Under the pieces are notes generated by a model. It was given only the letters and a program-made list of their open reading frames with translations. It was not told where the DNA came from and did not search any database. From the NCBI GenBank assembly GCA_964016885.1, contig OZ024740.1, forward strand, positions 274,164,001-274,228,000: a stretch of 64,000 bases of DNA. The letters are read 5' to 3'. This document shows positions 39,071-54,808 of the stretch, piece by piece (within the stretch, counting starts at the first letter, position 1; every line of letters starts with the position of its first letter). A program made the translations under genes and the position numbers. This DNA comes from Eledone cirrhosa (taxonomy: Eukaryota).

Positions 39071-40412
39071 TACATCATACATATATTCACAAACACATAA
39101 CATATGCACATATATGTGTATGCTTACGTACAAACCTAAACATACATGTACTCACACATACATGCCTAAACATGCATATACTCACACATATGTATATTCA
39201 AACATACATATACACATATGTATACTCACATTTATGTGGATGCTTTACTCACTCTTATTCACTACTCCCATACAATCCCTGTTTGTATATAAGAGGGCAT
39301 TCCAATTGTAAACTAACATTAGTGATAGAAAGATTTCTAAGAATGACCATAAAAGTGTAAAGAAATTCGATTGCTCAACATTTTTGAGGACATAAAGAGC
39401 CATTAGTCTGAGGCCACTAACATCACTCCTCCTCACTCCTGGTTACATCCAAGACACCCAAATTGCCATTCAAATTTAACAAAAGTTTACATCTGATACG
39501 GCTATTCAGTGTTTCAGCAGGGTAGCTTATCTGGCTCAATACAAACCAAGGACAGGCACAATATTCAGATGGTAATATATAACAGCATGATAATTTCTTT
39601 ATTTATTTCTTGATTAATCAAGCTCAGTAAAAGCTTAAAAGTACATTTCAGTTATCTTGCTTGAATTATTTTTTCCACAAATCCATTTATTTTATTTATT
39701 CACATATATATTTATTTACTAATTCATTTTTTTTTCTTTAATTATCAAACTATAATGCCTCATCTAGGGAGTAAATTAAAAATCATTGAAACCTTATCAA
39801 ATGTAATCAAGCTATGATATCAGAATTTAACATGTGTAATTTGAGATGTGCATATATGTGTGCATATAGGTACACAAATTTACGCAAAATTATTTGTATG
39901 TGTGTACCTTTGTGTGTTTATGTGGGGGGTATGTTTGTGTGGATGTGAGTGTGCATGTGTAAATATTTGAATTGAATTTACAAACAGTACAAATGTTCAC
40001 AATATATTCAGTAGAGTTTTTTATCCATTTATATATTTATATATATATTTTTTTATTATTTATAAATGCAGGCATGTCTGTGACTAAGACATTTGCTTTG
40101 ATACCACATTATTCCAGGTTCGATCTCACAGCTGAGACATTTGACCAAGGGTTTACTGTAACCTCAACTTTGTAAATATTTTGTGAGTGAAATTTACTGA
40201 ACAGAAATTGTATGGCTTTTATGTGTATTTATGTGAGTACATAGGAAGAAAAACTGAGGCATGTAGTTACATCTAGTTGCAGCAAAAGAGTAACATTTAG
40301 TAATTTTATAAATCGACATCAATAAAATTAATACTAAACTAATATAATACTAGGGTCAAAATGAATTCTAATGACTGTATCCAGTCAAAGAATAAATGTA
40401 TATCCAGCTATT

Positions 40413-42650
<2,238 letters not shown>

Positions 42651-42659
42651 ATATATATA

Positions 42660-43495
42660 ATCCCGTGTAAGAATGGGATGGAAGAAGTTCAGGGGGCTAC
42701 TTCCATTGCTAGCTGGAAAAGGCTTTTCCTCAAAATGAAAGGCAGACTGTATGATGTGTGCATACGAACAGCAATGTTACATAGCAGTGAGTACAGAGCA
42801 CTGTGTGTAGAAGACTTGCGTAGATTAGAAAGAAATGAAGCTTAAATGCTCTGATGGATGTGTAATAGTAATATACGTTAACGGCAAAGCATAAACGAAT
42901 TGAGAGAGAGACTAAGCATAAGAGGAATCAAATGCTGTGTGCAGGAGAGGAGGGTGCATTGGTATGGACATGTGATCTGTAGAAGGATGACGGCTGCATA
43001 AAAAGGTGCAGAGCACTAAAAGTCTATGGAAGCCTTGGAGTGGGGAGACCCAAGAAGACCTGGGATGAGGTGATAAAAGCTGACCTTGGTCAATTGCACC
43101 TCTCAAAGGCAATGACACAGGACCGAGACCTCTGGCATTATGCTGTAATACAGAAGACCTGACTTCCCATGAGTACAAGCCGAAGCTGAAGCATATATAC
43201 AATATGCCCCCACCCCCTCCCACTGCAAAGTGGTCGTGGACGTGTCACAACAAAAAAGCACCCAGCCAACACTGTAAAGTGGTTGTGTAGGTGCCACAGT
43301 AAAAAAGCACCCGGTACTCACTGTAAATGAGGTTGGTGTTAGGAAGGGCATCCGCCTGTAGAAATCAAGCCAGAATCAGTTCCTGTATGAGCAAGACAAG
43401 GTCAGCAACTGGACACTGCCCACAACAGGACAACCCGTCTAACCCATGCTAGTCTGGAAAAATGGACGTAAAACAGTGATGATGATGATGATATA
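42660..43495 (+). mobile_element. RTE 3' fragment with long 3' UTR
   Basis: Close match to 35910-36840. Confidence 0.9.
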
Positions 43496-45400
43496 TATAT
43501 ATATTGTAATAGTTAGTGCTGCAAATGGGACAATTGCTCAGGGAACATGTGTACTCCTCATTGAGGGATTGCCTCTTGCATCAGCATCTCTATAGGTAGC
43601 ATCCTGAGTGGGCCAGTTGAATCTCAAGGCCTTTATTCTGGATAGCCCAAAGTATGGCATTGATGATTTTCTTATTGAATTGTGGGATTCTAAAGAAGCA
43701 ACTGTTGTCTGAGTTGTTCCCTCTTCGGGGATTGGGGTTCCACCCACTAGTGTCTGAAATTGAAAGTAGTGGTGCCATGATAAATACACTCAGTACACTC
43801 TGTTGAGTAATTGACATCATGAAGGGCATTCTGCTATAAAAAAAACAGTGACAAATATGGAATATATGAGCTAAATATGACTCATGAAATTGTCTCAATT
43901 CAAACTGTGCCAACCTGACCAACCAATGCCATGATAGCAAAACAGACATAAAATATGATAATGCTGATGATGATGATGAAGTGAATATAGCTTTCACTCA
44001 AAATCAAGACAGTTTCACGATCACTGTAAGATCTGGTAAGTACTATTAAGAATAGGCATTCCTGAGGAGTTCTAAAAGTCTAATAAGATTGAATCACATA
44101 CCCAATTTATGATCAATTAAATTTAGATTTTGGAGTTATGTCCCTGTTATTTTTACCTAAATGTTTCATAAACACGAATCATGTTTTAATTTTCCATAAT
44201 ATTTATTGCTTACAAAATGTTTTGCGATCACTTCATCAAGTATGTTCGTCCTCCACTTTAATATATGTTCTTCGAGCAGAATGCAATTCTAGGATATTCC
44301 CCTATGTCATTATTTTAAAATGCTTTATCAACAAATATATTTTTTCACTCAAAACTATAATAATGGTAATAGTATTCACCAAAACCCTAAAATGTACACA
44401 TACATAAAATATAGAATATAAAACAACCCTACTAAGCACTGCACACATATTATGTAGATAATTTTTCAATACAATAGACAAAAAAACTATATATAATACT
44501 GCATGTACCTAAGGCACACAAGAGCAGCACTCACTTTTCCAATCCATAATAAAATGAAATTAAACAACAACAATAATAATATAATAACAATAATGATAAT
44601 ATTAATAATAAATAAACAAATAAATAATATAGTAGAAACCACAATTATTTTCTATTTTTATTGCTCCGATGAATCCCATAATCTCTATTCTTGCATATTT
44701 TGAAGGAAGGATTTATTTATATTTCCCTTGAATTCTTTTCTAGTAGGGCGGGCAGCACCTTTTAAAAAAATAAAATCAAATGCTTTTTTGTTCAGAAGTC
44801 AAAGACCATACCATCTTTTTAAAAAGCATTTAAAATTTATGAACTGATGCAAGGGTGGTTGCTGTGTAGGGAGGAAAGATTGGGAGAGCAATAAAGTAAA
44901 GTTTAATAATAACAAAAGCAAAAGGAAAAATAAAACTGAAAGCAAAATGGAAGCTATACAAATATAATGGAAGATCTTAAGAATATATAAAAGTCAGGGA
45001 AAATATAAAAAATACAAACTTTTTTATTAATGATAAAAATATGAAAAAGATTTTAACAGCTTCATTATGAATAATAGATAAGTGAACTGCTTTCTTTCCT
45101 TCCCCTTTCCTGATTTACAATGAATTTTCAATATCAATTATTCAATAGCCCAAATACTCTCACCTGACCCATCTGCCAAAATTTTGAATGTATTCTGAAG
45201 CAAACATTCTGATAAACACACAAACATAAATACTCACACACATATACAAAGGCAAACACTCAGACAAAACAAATGCTCATACACATACTTGTATGTATGT
45301 TATATATATTTGTATCTATATATGTCTATATATATGTAAGCTTATGTACATATGTAGGTGTATGTAAGTGTATGTATTTGTGAATCGTATGTATATATAT

Positions 45401-45434
<34 letters not shown>

Positions 45435-46196
45435 ATACGCACACACACACACACACATATATGCATATATGTATGTGTGTGTTCATGTATGTATGTATGT
45501 GTGTGTGCAGAAAGTGAGAGAAAGAAATATATAAAGTTAACTTAAACAGAATGACACATAGAAAATAGATCAAGTAACATATTTTAAAGTAAACATGCAT
45601 ATTCTATATATTCTTACCTAAGATATTGCTGGAAGAAATCTATATTTAGAATTATACATACAAAACTCACCTTCACTACCATATAATTGAGTGATCAGTA
45701 TAAGAGTGGTTCTTGTATGTAGCAACATTACCAGAATGTTGTTAAACTAACTGGATCTACGAAGACCAATAGAAATTTTGAGAAATCTTAAATTCCATCT
45801 TTTATATGGAAAATTTCTACACTTCAGAATTAAACATTAATTATTAAAATCAGATGAGGATCTATAATAGTTACAGGAATGAATATTTTGTAGGCATAAC
45901 AAGATTTCTTCATGCAAAAGTTTTGCAAGTTAAACTAATCTTATATATTTATATGTAATTGCTTTGAAAATTGGATTCTATTTTAAACCATTTTCTTAAC
46001 TCTTACACAAAGAAATATTCTGATTATATCTATGAAGGGCAACGTATTGGCAGAATCAGTAGAGCATTGGACAGCATGCTTTGTGACATGAAGTTATGTT
46101 CCTTTTCATTCTTAGTTCAAATTCTAATACCCATATTTTTCTGTTCACTTGGTTTATATGCCCCATTATTAGACTATATTATTTGGTCAAAAGGCA

Positions 46197-46487
46197 GGGT
46201 GGTGGATTGGCAGTATCGGTAGAGGGTCGGATGCCATGCTTTCCAGCATAGTTACGTCCCTTTACGATCTGAGTTCAAATCCCGCCGAGGTTGACTTTGC
46301 CTTTCATCCTTACGGGGTCGATAAAATAAAGTACCAGTAATGCACTGGGTAATTGCTGGCCTTGTGCCTAAAGTAGAAACAATTATTTGGTCAAAAGGCG
46401 ACGGATTAGCAGTATTGGTAGAGGGTCGGCCGCCATGCTTTGCGGCATAGAGTTATAGCCCTTTACATTCTGAGTTCCAATCCTGCC
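46197..46487 (+). mobile_element. SINE with TSD attatttggtcaaaaggc, immediately followed by a 3'-truncated SINE
   Basis: Direct repeat at ~46178-46196 and ~46382-46399. Confidence 0.88.
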
Positions 46488-46700
46488 ACATAATCTTCTA
46501 TGTGGACTTTCAACTAGCTAGAAATAATAGCCAAAACCTCTTCAAATTTATAACTTAGCATTCTAAAATATGAAAGGACTGAAGTAAAATGTAGCAGATA
46601 TTAGGTATATGCTGACAAATACCATTGAGTATTTACTCTTAATTAATATCTATATATAAATTAGAGTAATCTTCGTCCGTCTGTCTGTCTTTCCGTCACT

Positions 46701-46818
46701 CACTAGAGATGACTGAGGAAGTAAGGGGTGATGATGTCACACACTAGAGATGACTGAGGAAGGAAGGGGGTGATGACATCACACACTAGAGATGATTGAG
46801 GAAGAAAGGGGTGATGAC
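46701..46818. repeat. ~41-bp minisatellite x3
   Basis: cactagagatga(c/t)tgaggaag.aa.ggggtgatga.. repeated three times. Confidence 0.9.
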
Positions 46819-47184
46819 AAACTACAGAAAACAGCATCTAACATTCACTACATTTGTGTGTGAGTGTATATATGTATGTGTGTGTTTGTGTTAATATATG
46901 TATGCTTCTGTGAATGTATGTGCATTTGTGTGAATGTATGTCTATAAGCGTGTATTTTTGTATGTATGTCTGTGTTTGTGCATTTATAACAATATACTCA
47001 TACAGGCATCAGTGTGTTGAAAAGAATTCTATAATAAATAAATAAATATATACCACTAAAGATTTAAGATCTGATGATTAAATGATATAAAACTGCACAT
47101 ATTACATAAAAGCTGCATGTTTTATAACATCTTTGTCAAAGAAAATCTATGTTATGTCTTGAAGATTAATTCTCTTTTTCATTA

Positions 47185-47565
47185 TAAAGTGGTTGTGTAG
47201 GTGTCACGATAAAAAATACCTAGTTCACACTGTAATGTGGTCATGTAGGTGTCACGATAAAAAAACACCTAGTTCACACTGTAATCTGGTCATGTAGGTG
47301 TCACAACAAAAATCACCTAGTTCACACTGTAATCTGGTCATGTAGGTGTCACAACAAAAGCACCCAGTACTCACTGTAAATGTGGTTGGCTTTAGGGAGA
47401 GCATCCAGCTGTAGAAACCAAGCCAGAATCAGTTCTGTATGAGCAACACATAGTCACCTTACCTGGTATTGGAGGACAACTTGTCTAACTCATGCTACTG
47501 TGGAAAAATGGACGCTAAAGGGTATTGATGATGATGATGATAATGATGAAGATGATGATGATTAT
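47185..47565 (+). repeat. Free-standing RTE-3'UTR-like element with ~45-bp unit x4 and (GAT)n tail
   Basis: ggt(t/c).tgtaggtgtcac..aaaaa.cacctagttcacactgtaat units, then gcatccagctgtagaaa as at 36700 and 43350. Confidence 0.75.
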
Positions 47566-48609
47566 GTACATATCTCTTTTCATTTTCTCTCATATTCTAA
47601 CAAGAATATGATAGCATTTATATAAAATTCCTGGTTGATATTGTTACTAAGATACTCCAAGAATATATGCTTTTCAGTATGAAAGTCTTGATTTTTGTTT
47701 GTAACATGACAATAAAGATATTGATAAAATTCATTTGTATCAACCACTTCTTAATCAAAGTATAGAACAACATGGAAATAGTAGAAATTATTCTGTATCA
47801 GACACCCACACACATGTGTGTCTGTGTATATGGGTGTGTGTGCATGGGTGTGTGTATATGGGTGTATGTGTGTGTATGGGTGGATTCCCAATGGGTATTG
47901 GGACGTGGCCACATTAAAAGAAAAAGGGTACTCAATAAGTTAGTAGAGTATAGGCATCTTTATTTTTATATAGAAATTATTTCTGCAGGATTTGAACTGT
48001 TTTATTTGTATGAAATCACAAGGAAAGTACTTAGATTATATATATATATATATATATATATGGGGGGGGGGGGATAAAATTGTATGTGTTAAAAACAAAC
48101 CTGGTGAAGGTGGTCACCACTCACATATATGTGTTTATACTTATGCATCTTATCTTCTCTATATCTTATATTCTATATATGTGTATATATATATATATAA
48201 ACATAGTGAAATTAAGGTTTTCATTGTGTTGAACTCAGCCAGGCTGGGGAGGCAATGATTGAAGTGAGGAAGATGAGAGTGTGGTGGTCTTAAATAGAGG
48301 GAGTGATGATATGATGGTGTATTTTGCAAGACCAGAAAAGCATTGATAGGTTCACATGATTGGGGGAGGGAGAGTCTACATGTTTCTTGCCTTGCAAGGA
48401 AATAAGAGATAGAGGTTGACTTAGAGTGGAAATCTACATAGGAAAAGAGTGTTCTTCTTCTTTTCATGTTGGCATGGTAGGCCAAGGAAGGAGGACTCAG
48501 GGATGTGGATGAAAGGGAAGATTAGGTGAAAGAGGGGAAGGACTATATGCATTTCCTCCTATCCAAGTGAGGAGGTCTTCTGTAGTACAACATACCATTA
48601 GTTGACTTG

Positions 48610-49410
48610 ATCACAATTTATCTCCTTTGTGGGGGTTTAAGCTTCAAGAGATCAACCTTGGCCACATCATGCCAAGTTTTCTTGTGCTTACTTCTTCTAC
48701 ACTTTCCATCATCTTTGAACACCCTGCAATTTTTATGCAGCTGTTATCCTTCATATGCATCATATATACTGCATCTGATCCCAAATATATTCAGCTTTTC
48801 TCTCAGTTCATTGACGTTTCATCTCTTATGCACACTAAACTTACACATCACTTGGTGTATGCTTGCTTCATTTCTTTCCAATTTTTTTAGATCCTGTGCA
48901 CTCAAGGCCCACATCTGACATGTAGCATAGAATTTCTCACAAAGACATCAGGCAGCCTACCTTTTGTTCTGAAGGAGAAACCTTTTTTAACTCACAGAGA
49001 TAATAGCTCCCTGATATGTTCCACCTGATTCTCATTCTAGTTACTGTGCTTTTAGAACATCACCCTTGCTGCTAATTAAGTGAATTAAGTAACTGAAGCT
49101 GTCAACCACATCTAAGAACATTTGATAGTGTCTATTTTATGTGAGCATTCACTTCTTACTGCCATTGATACAGCCTACATTATTTGTTAGCTATAGATCT
49201 TGAGTACCCATAGTTTAGATTTTGTACACTATATAGAATTTCCACCAGCTTCTTTTTTGCATATTGATCATGGCCATTTTTCTGGTGGAATCAGGTTCCT
49301 GTTAACCTTCCTTCTTACAAAGACTTTAGTCTTGGCTAAACTGATTTTGAGGCCTTTTAATTTCAGGTTTCACTTTTAAGACTGACCTTCCTTCTCCAGT
49401 TTCACAGAAG
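48610..49410 (-). mobile_element. Decayed RTE ORF2 fragment
   Basis: Minus-strand homology to the KTKV, KWP and ERNEASI segments of the other RTE copies. Confidence 0.7.
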
Positions 49411-49702
49411 AATCATTTATGTGAAAAGATCATCTGCATACAGGAATTCCCATTAGAAACCAGTCTTACCTTGTGCCACCTTAAAATGCATCCAGCCCAC
49501 TCTGTAGAATGGTAATGTTGGAGGCATGATAGAACACACCTGATACATGCAGTGAAGTCATTGGAATTAAGCAGGGCATTAAGCCATGAAGGCCATGCCA
49601 AAATGAAACATATGAGAGAGACAAGCATCTGAATTGTCTAGTCCAGAACATGACAACCCACTTAACCCATGTAAGCATGAAAAATGCATATTCAGCAGTG
49701 AT

Positions 49703-49734
<32 letters not shown>

Positions 49735-50569
49735 TATTTATTCATACATACATACATAATACAATTCTCTACTGTATACATACATAGATGCATACATGCA
49801 TACATACATACATACATACATACATACATACATACATACATACATACATACATACATACATAATTACATATCAATGACAATGCGTTCAAGAAATGTCATG
49901 CATTTTATTGCAGCCTTCAACAAGGTGGTTGGCTCATACTAATGGGATTTCCAGACATGAAATCTGAAATCTGAATTCTTTGCTTGCTGAATAGACTATC
50001 AAACCCATCTAACATGATAATCCACTTAATCTGCTTTGCTTTTATATTGATTTTTTCGTTTTTATTATATGATTAAATTTTTTTGTTTTTCCTTTTTTAT
50101 TCAGCTTCTTTTTACTTAGTCTTTTTTTTTTTCATAATTTCTTTGAAACAAATCCTCTACTGCAGTCATGTTGTCTTCTGTGCATGATGTTCATAGTTGT
50201 TGAAGAGCATTTAAAGTCTTTGACAGAACTTATCGGTAATTTCAAGTGGCAGTTTCTATCATTTCCCTGACAAGAATGGTATGTAATACAATATGTATTT
50301 TTCCGAAATATTTACCATTATATGTAAGTCTGCTATTTATAGTCTGCTGCATTGCTTGCCGTGTGAAGAAGACAGTGCCAAAGATAGATAGATTGGGACT
50401 TTGTATGAGCGAAGAGGGCACCGAGGAATCAAATGTTATCAAGGTGAAGAAAATGGATTGTGACAACTATGTAACCAATGTAACTAAACACCTATCAGTT
50501 CAAAATTAAGTTGGGTGCGGATTAACATAGTGCCATGTTTTATCGTTTCTACCAACCCATACCCTTCAT

Positions 50570-50573
50570 GATG

Positions 50574-50619
<46 letters not shown>

Positions 50620-50766
50620 TTTCATTTATTAGCCACAAGGGCCGACATGTAGGGGACAATACAAAGACAGGGACAGTGGGGGGTTTACAATAAGGTCGAG
50701 TAAAAGTGCACAATGGCAAGACTAATTTAACAATGAAAATATAAAAATATAAAATAAACTATGCGT

Positions 50767-50808
<42 letters not shown>

Positions 50809-50883
50809 GAAGAAGAAGGAGAAGAAGAAGAAGAAGAAGAAGAAGAAGAAGAAGAAGAAGAAGAAGAAGAAGAAGAAGAAGAA
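50570..50883. repeat. (AAT)n and (GAA)n tracts enclosing a Tx1 3'-end fragment (~50620-50700, minus)
   Basis: tttattagccacaagggc...ggggacaatacaaagac matches 17485-17529. Confidence 0.75.
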
Positions 50884-51084
50884 TATTTATTTATCAAACA
50901 AATACAATGTTGGGGAATAGGGATTATATTTACCCCAGTACTTGACTGTTAGTTTATCTTATCAACACCAGAAATATGAATGGCAAGTTCATCTTCGTGG
51001 TACTTGAACTTAGAATGTAAAGAACTGAGACTAATATCATGCAAGGCATTTTATCCGATGCTCTAACAATTCTACCATGTAATA

Positions 51085-51340
51085 ATAATTGTTTCTACTT
51101 TTTGGCACAAAGCCAGGAATTATCCCAATGCATTACTGGTACTTTATTTTATCGACCCCATAAGGATGAAAGGCAATGATTTCTACTGTAGGCACAATGC
51201 CAGTAATTTGGGAGGAGGAATAAGTTGATTAAATCAACCCTAGTGCTTACTGGTGATTTATTTTATCGACCCCATAAGGATGAAAGGCAAAGCTAGCCTT
51301 GTTGGGATTTGAACTCAGAACGTAAAGGGCCATGACTCCA
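51085..51340 (-). mobile_element. Stacked SINE fragments
   Basis: Two reverse-complement SINE 3' parts. Confidence 0.8.
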
Positions 51341-52215
51341 CGGAGGAAAGTCCTTTTCATGCAAATGAAAAGCTTTTTGTTTGAGTTCATTGGTTTTTTT
51401 CAGTATTTCTTGTTATTTTATGTCCCCAACAATATGATATTCCTGTCTTTCTTCTATTCACTTCAATTCATCACAAGATGGGGGTAGGGCTTCACTTTTC
51501 TGATCACCTAATTCCTAGTTGGCAAGTTTCTCAGAGATGCTCAGAGCATTCCTGTCCTGGAATTTTATGGTTCTACTGCTCTCTCTCTCTCTGTCTCCTC
51601 TGCCCCTCTCTCTAACCCGTCTATCTCTCCCCTCTCTCTCCTCTCCCCCTCTCTCTAACCCGTCTCTCTCTCCCCTCTCTCCCTCTCCCTCTCTTTCTTT
51701 CTTTTCCAGCGACATCTTAGGGTAGATGTTCCTCAAGTGAATCATACTGCCCTTTTTAAAACAGCTGATCTTTTTGCCCTGTACCACCAGTTGTATTGCT
51801 TTTCTCTCTGTATCCATGATGGGGTCCAGCTCTAAATTGATTCTATGCTCTCTGAGAGAAATAAGGTGCTGCATGTCCATGTAGATCCCAACCAAATCCC
51901 ATATCATATCTGGTCAACTCACATCTCATAACCTTCCTTAACTGAGCTTCAAATTGTCATGTAAGAAGCAGAATTAATTAAGTTCTTTATTGGATGACAC
52001 GTGTGTGGGAAGTTCTATGCTGCATGGTAGTGAAACATGGGCAGTGACTGCAGGGGGCATGTGTAGACTGGAGAAAATGAAGTAACAATGCTTTGTTGGA
52101 TGTGTAGTGTAAGTGGGAGAGAAAGGTAGAGTTTGGATGAACTGAGGGAGAAACAAGGTTTAAGAATCTGAAGTGGTGTGCAAGAGAGAAGACTGATTTG
52201 GTACGGACATGTTAT

Positions 52216-54134
52216 CATCATCATCATCATCATCAGGTTTAGCGTCCGTGTTCCACGCTTGCATGGGTTTGGACAGGGGTAGTCCCACTTGAGGCAAGAG
52301 TGGTTGTCTTGCTCGCATAGGACTGTCTGGCGGGTTTTCTACAGCTGGATGCCCTTCCTAACACCAACCACATTTACAGTGTGGGGCTGGGAGGTTTTTA
52401 CCGTGTTGCCTACACGGCCACATTACAGCGTGGACTGTCTGGCGGGTTTTCTACAGCTGGATGCCCTTCCTAACACCAACCACATTTACAGTGTGGGGCT
52501 GGGAGGTTTTTACCGTGTTGCCTACACGGCCACATTACAGCGTGGACTGTCTGGCGGGTTTTCTACAGCTGGATGCCCTTCCTAACACCAACCACATTTA
52601 CAGTGTGGGGCTGGGAGGTTTTTACCGTGTTGCCTACACGGCCACATTTACAGCGTGGACTGTGTGTTTTTTGTCGTGACACCTACACGATCTCATTTGT
52701 TTCGGCCTGGATGTTGTGGGACCAACATAACTGTACATTGAAAGGGGCGGTGTGGATGGGGTGGAGGTGGTGGGACGGGGGGGGTGTTTTGATAGAGATG
52801 CCTACTGACTGTAGTAGGTTTTTACTTTGTATTTAGGTAAGGCGGGTCTTCTCTATTACTGAGTACCGCCAAAGGTCTCGGTCCAGTGACATTGTCTTGG
52901 AGAGGTGTAAGCGTGTGAGGTCGGAATTTATCAGCTCGTCCCATGTTTTTCTGGGTCTGCCTACTCCGTGGCTACCGTCTATCTTTATTGCCCTGCACTT
53001 TGTTATACAGCTGTCGTATTTCATGCGCATCACGTGACCGTACCAACGTAGCCTTCTCTCGAGTAAACAACATCTGATCCCTCTTATTTCTAATTTTTTC
53101 CTTAGTTCGTTTATGCTTTGCCGTTCACGTATATTACTATTGCACATCCAGCGGAGCATGCAAGCTTCGTTCCTCTCTAGTCTGCGTATATCCTCTGCAC
53201 ACAATGCCCAGGTCTCACTGCCATGCAGCATTGCTGTTCGTATGCAGGCATCGTATAACCAGCCTTTCATTTTTAGGGAGAACCCTCTGAAAGTACAGTA
53301 GCTAGAGTTCTGACTCTAGCTACTGTACTTTCAGAGCACCCTCCCCCACTGCTGATTTTGTCACCCAGGTAACGGAAGCTGTCCACTATTTCTATAGAAC
53401 CCTCTGCGCAGTTGAAGGAGCTAGTATTTTGTGGGCACTTGCTGCTACTTATTGCACCAGAGCACCGGCCACATGTAAAATCTATGTTCTTAGTTAGCTT
53501 ACCTGTGATCCCACTACATCTTTTATGCACCCATACTTTGCATTTGGGACATAAAATGGAGTTTCTACCTACGCCTTTCCTACACACTGAGCATGGCCAT
53601 TTCCCAGATGGGACTGCCGCCATATTTTCTTTCCTACAAACTAGAACTTTTGTCTTAGCCAGGTTAATTTTAAGGCCTTTTGATTCTAGGCCGTGCTTCC
53701 ATGTTTGGAATTTCTTCTCTAGTTCGGTCATTGATTCAGCTATGAGCGTTAGATCATCTGCGTATAGGAGTTCCCATGGGCAGCCGGTCTTGAACTCCTC
53801 TGTTATAGCCTGAAGGGCAATAATAAATAGTAGGGGGCTAAGAACAGAGCCCTGATGGACACCAACTTTTACGCTAAACTCTTCACTATATTCGTTGTTA
53901 ATTCTAACCTTACTGACTGTTTCTTTATACATGGCTTGTATAGCTCTCACAAGCCATTCGTCAACACCTAGTTTTCTAAGAGACCACCAGATAATGGAAC
54001 GGGGGACTCTGTCGAAGGCTTTCTCCAAGTCGACGAAAGCTAAGTATAGGGGTTTACTTTTAGCTAGGTACTTCTCCTGTAGTTGTCGTACAATGAAAAG
54101 AGCGTCTGTGGTACTTTTGCCTGATACTTTTGCC
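52216..54134 (-). mobile_element. Young 5'-truncated RTE LINE (RT + PHD finger + long 3' UTR)
   Basis: ORFs 53273-54028 (EKAFDRVP, VGVHQGSVLSP, LYADD, PHD) and 52833-53270; (GAT)n tail. Confidence 0.95.
52321..52657. repeat. 112-bp tandem triplication in the RTE 3' UTR
   Basis: Units start at 52321, 52433 and 52545; essentially identical. Confidence 0.95.
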
Positions 54135-54808
54135 TGTTATGTATAAGGTTAATGATTGTTGTGTGAAGAAGTGCCAGGAATCCCAGTGGAAAGAAGCTGC
54201 ATTAGATGTAGACCAAGAAAGGCCAGGGTACAGGTGGTGAGAGCTGATGTCAAATTGCTGAGACTCATAGAGGAGAGGGAAAAGGAACATAGTGAGTGGA
54301 GAGATACTGTGCTGAAAAGGACCCAACCAACCCATGCAAGATTGGAAAAGCAGACGTAAAAATGATGAAGATGTTTCCACTCTATTACTGTCTCAATGAT
54401 TCTGAGTAACTTTTTCATATTTATGCAGAAGATATTATTTTAAAGGAGAAAGCATTGAATTCTAAATGAACTCAATGCTGTGAAGAGAGCATAAAGTACT
54501 ATATCAATGCTAGTACATAACTGATACATCTTTTATTTATTTCCCCTAGAAGAATGAATGTTAAAGTCCACCCTAGCTGAAATTGAACTTAGAACATAAT
54601 GAGGTGTAACCCAATGCCCCATGACATCTTTTCTGATAGCTTGCTGATATTGTAAAATCCATAGTCATTGTTAAATTGAATTGGTATTAATCTCCTACTA
54701 ACTTTATCAAGTCCATAAAAATGAAGTGAAAATATCTTTATTGTCTCTCTATTATTTCATAATATCAGATGATATTACCATGATATTAGCTTTTTCTTTT
54801 TATTTCAG

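Larger units (their letters stand above)
51990..54372 (+). mobile_element. Older RTE 3' fragment (51990-52215 + 54135-54372) split by a younger insertion
   Basis: WYGHV|MYKVNDCCVKKC reads through once the insert is removed; TGTTAT duplicated at 52210-52215 and 54135-54140. Confidence 0.85.

Noticed and set aside
44655-44720. ccgatga as a hammerhead-like core
   Set aside because: Core mismatch and no GAAA/stem III
50246-50509. 87-aa ORF with a hydrophobic segment
   Set aside because: No recognisable domain or splice support; may be chance or a transposon remnant
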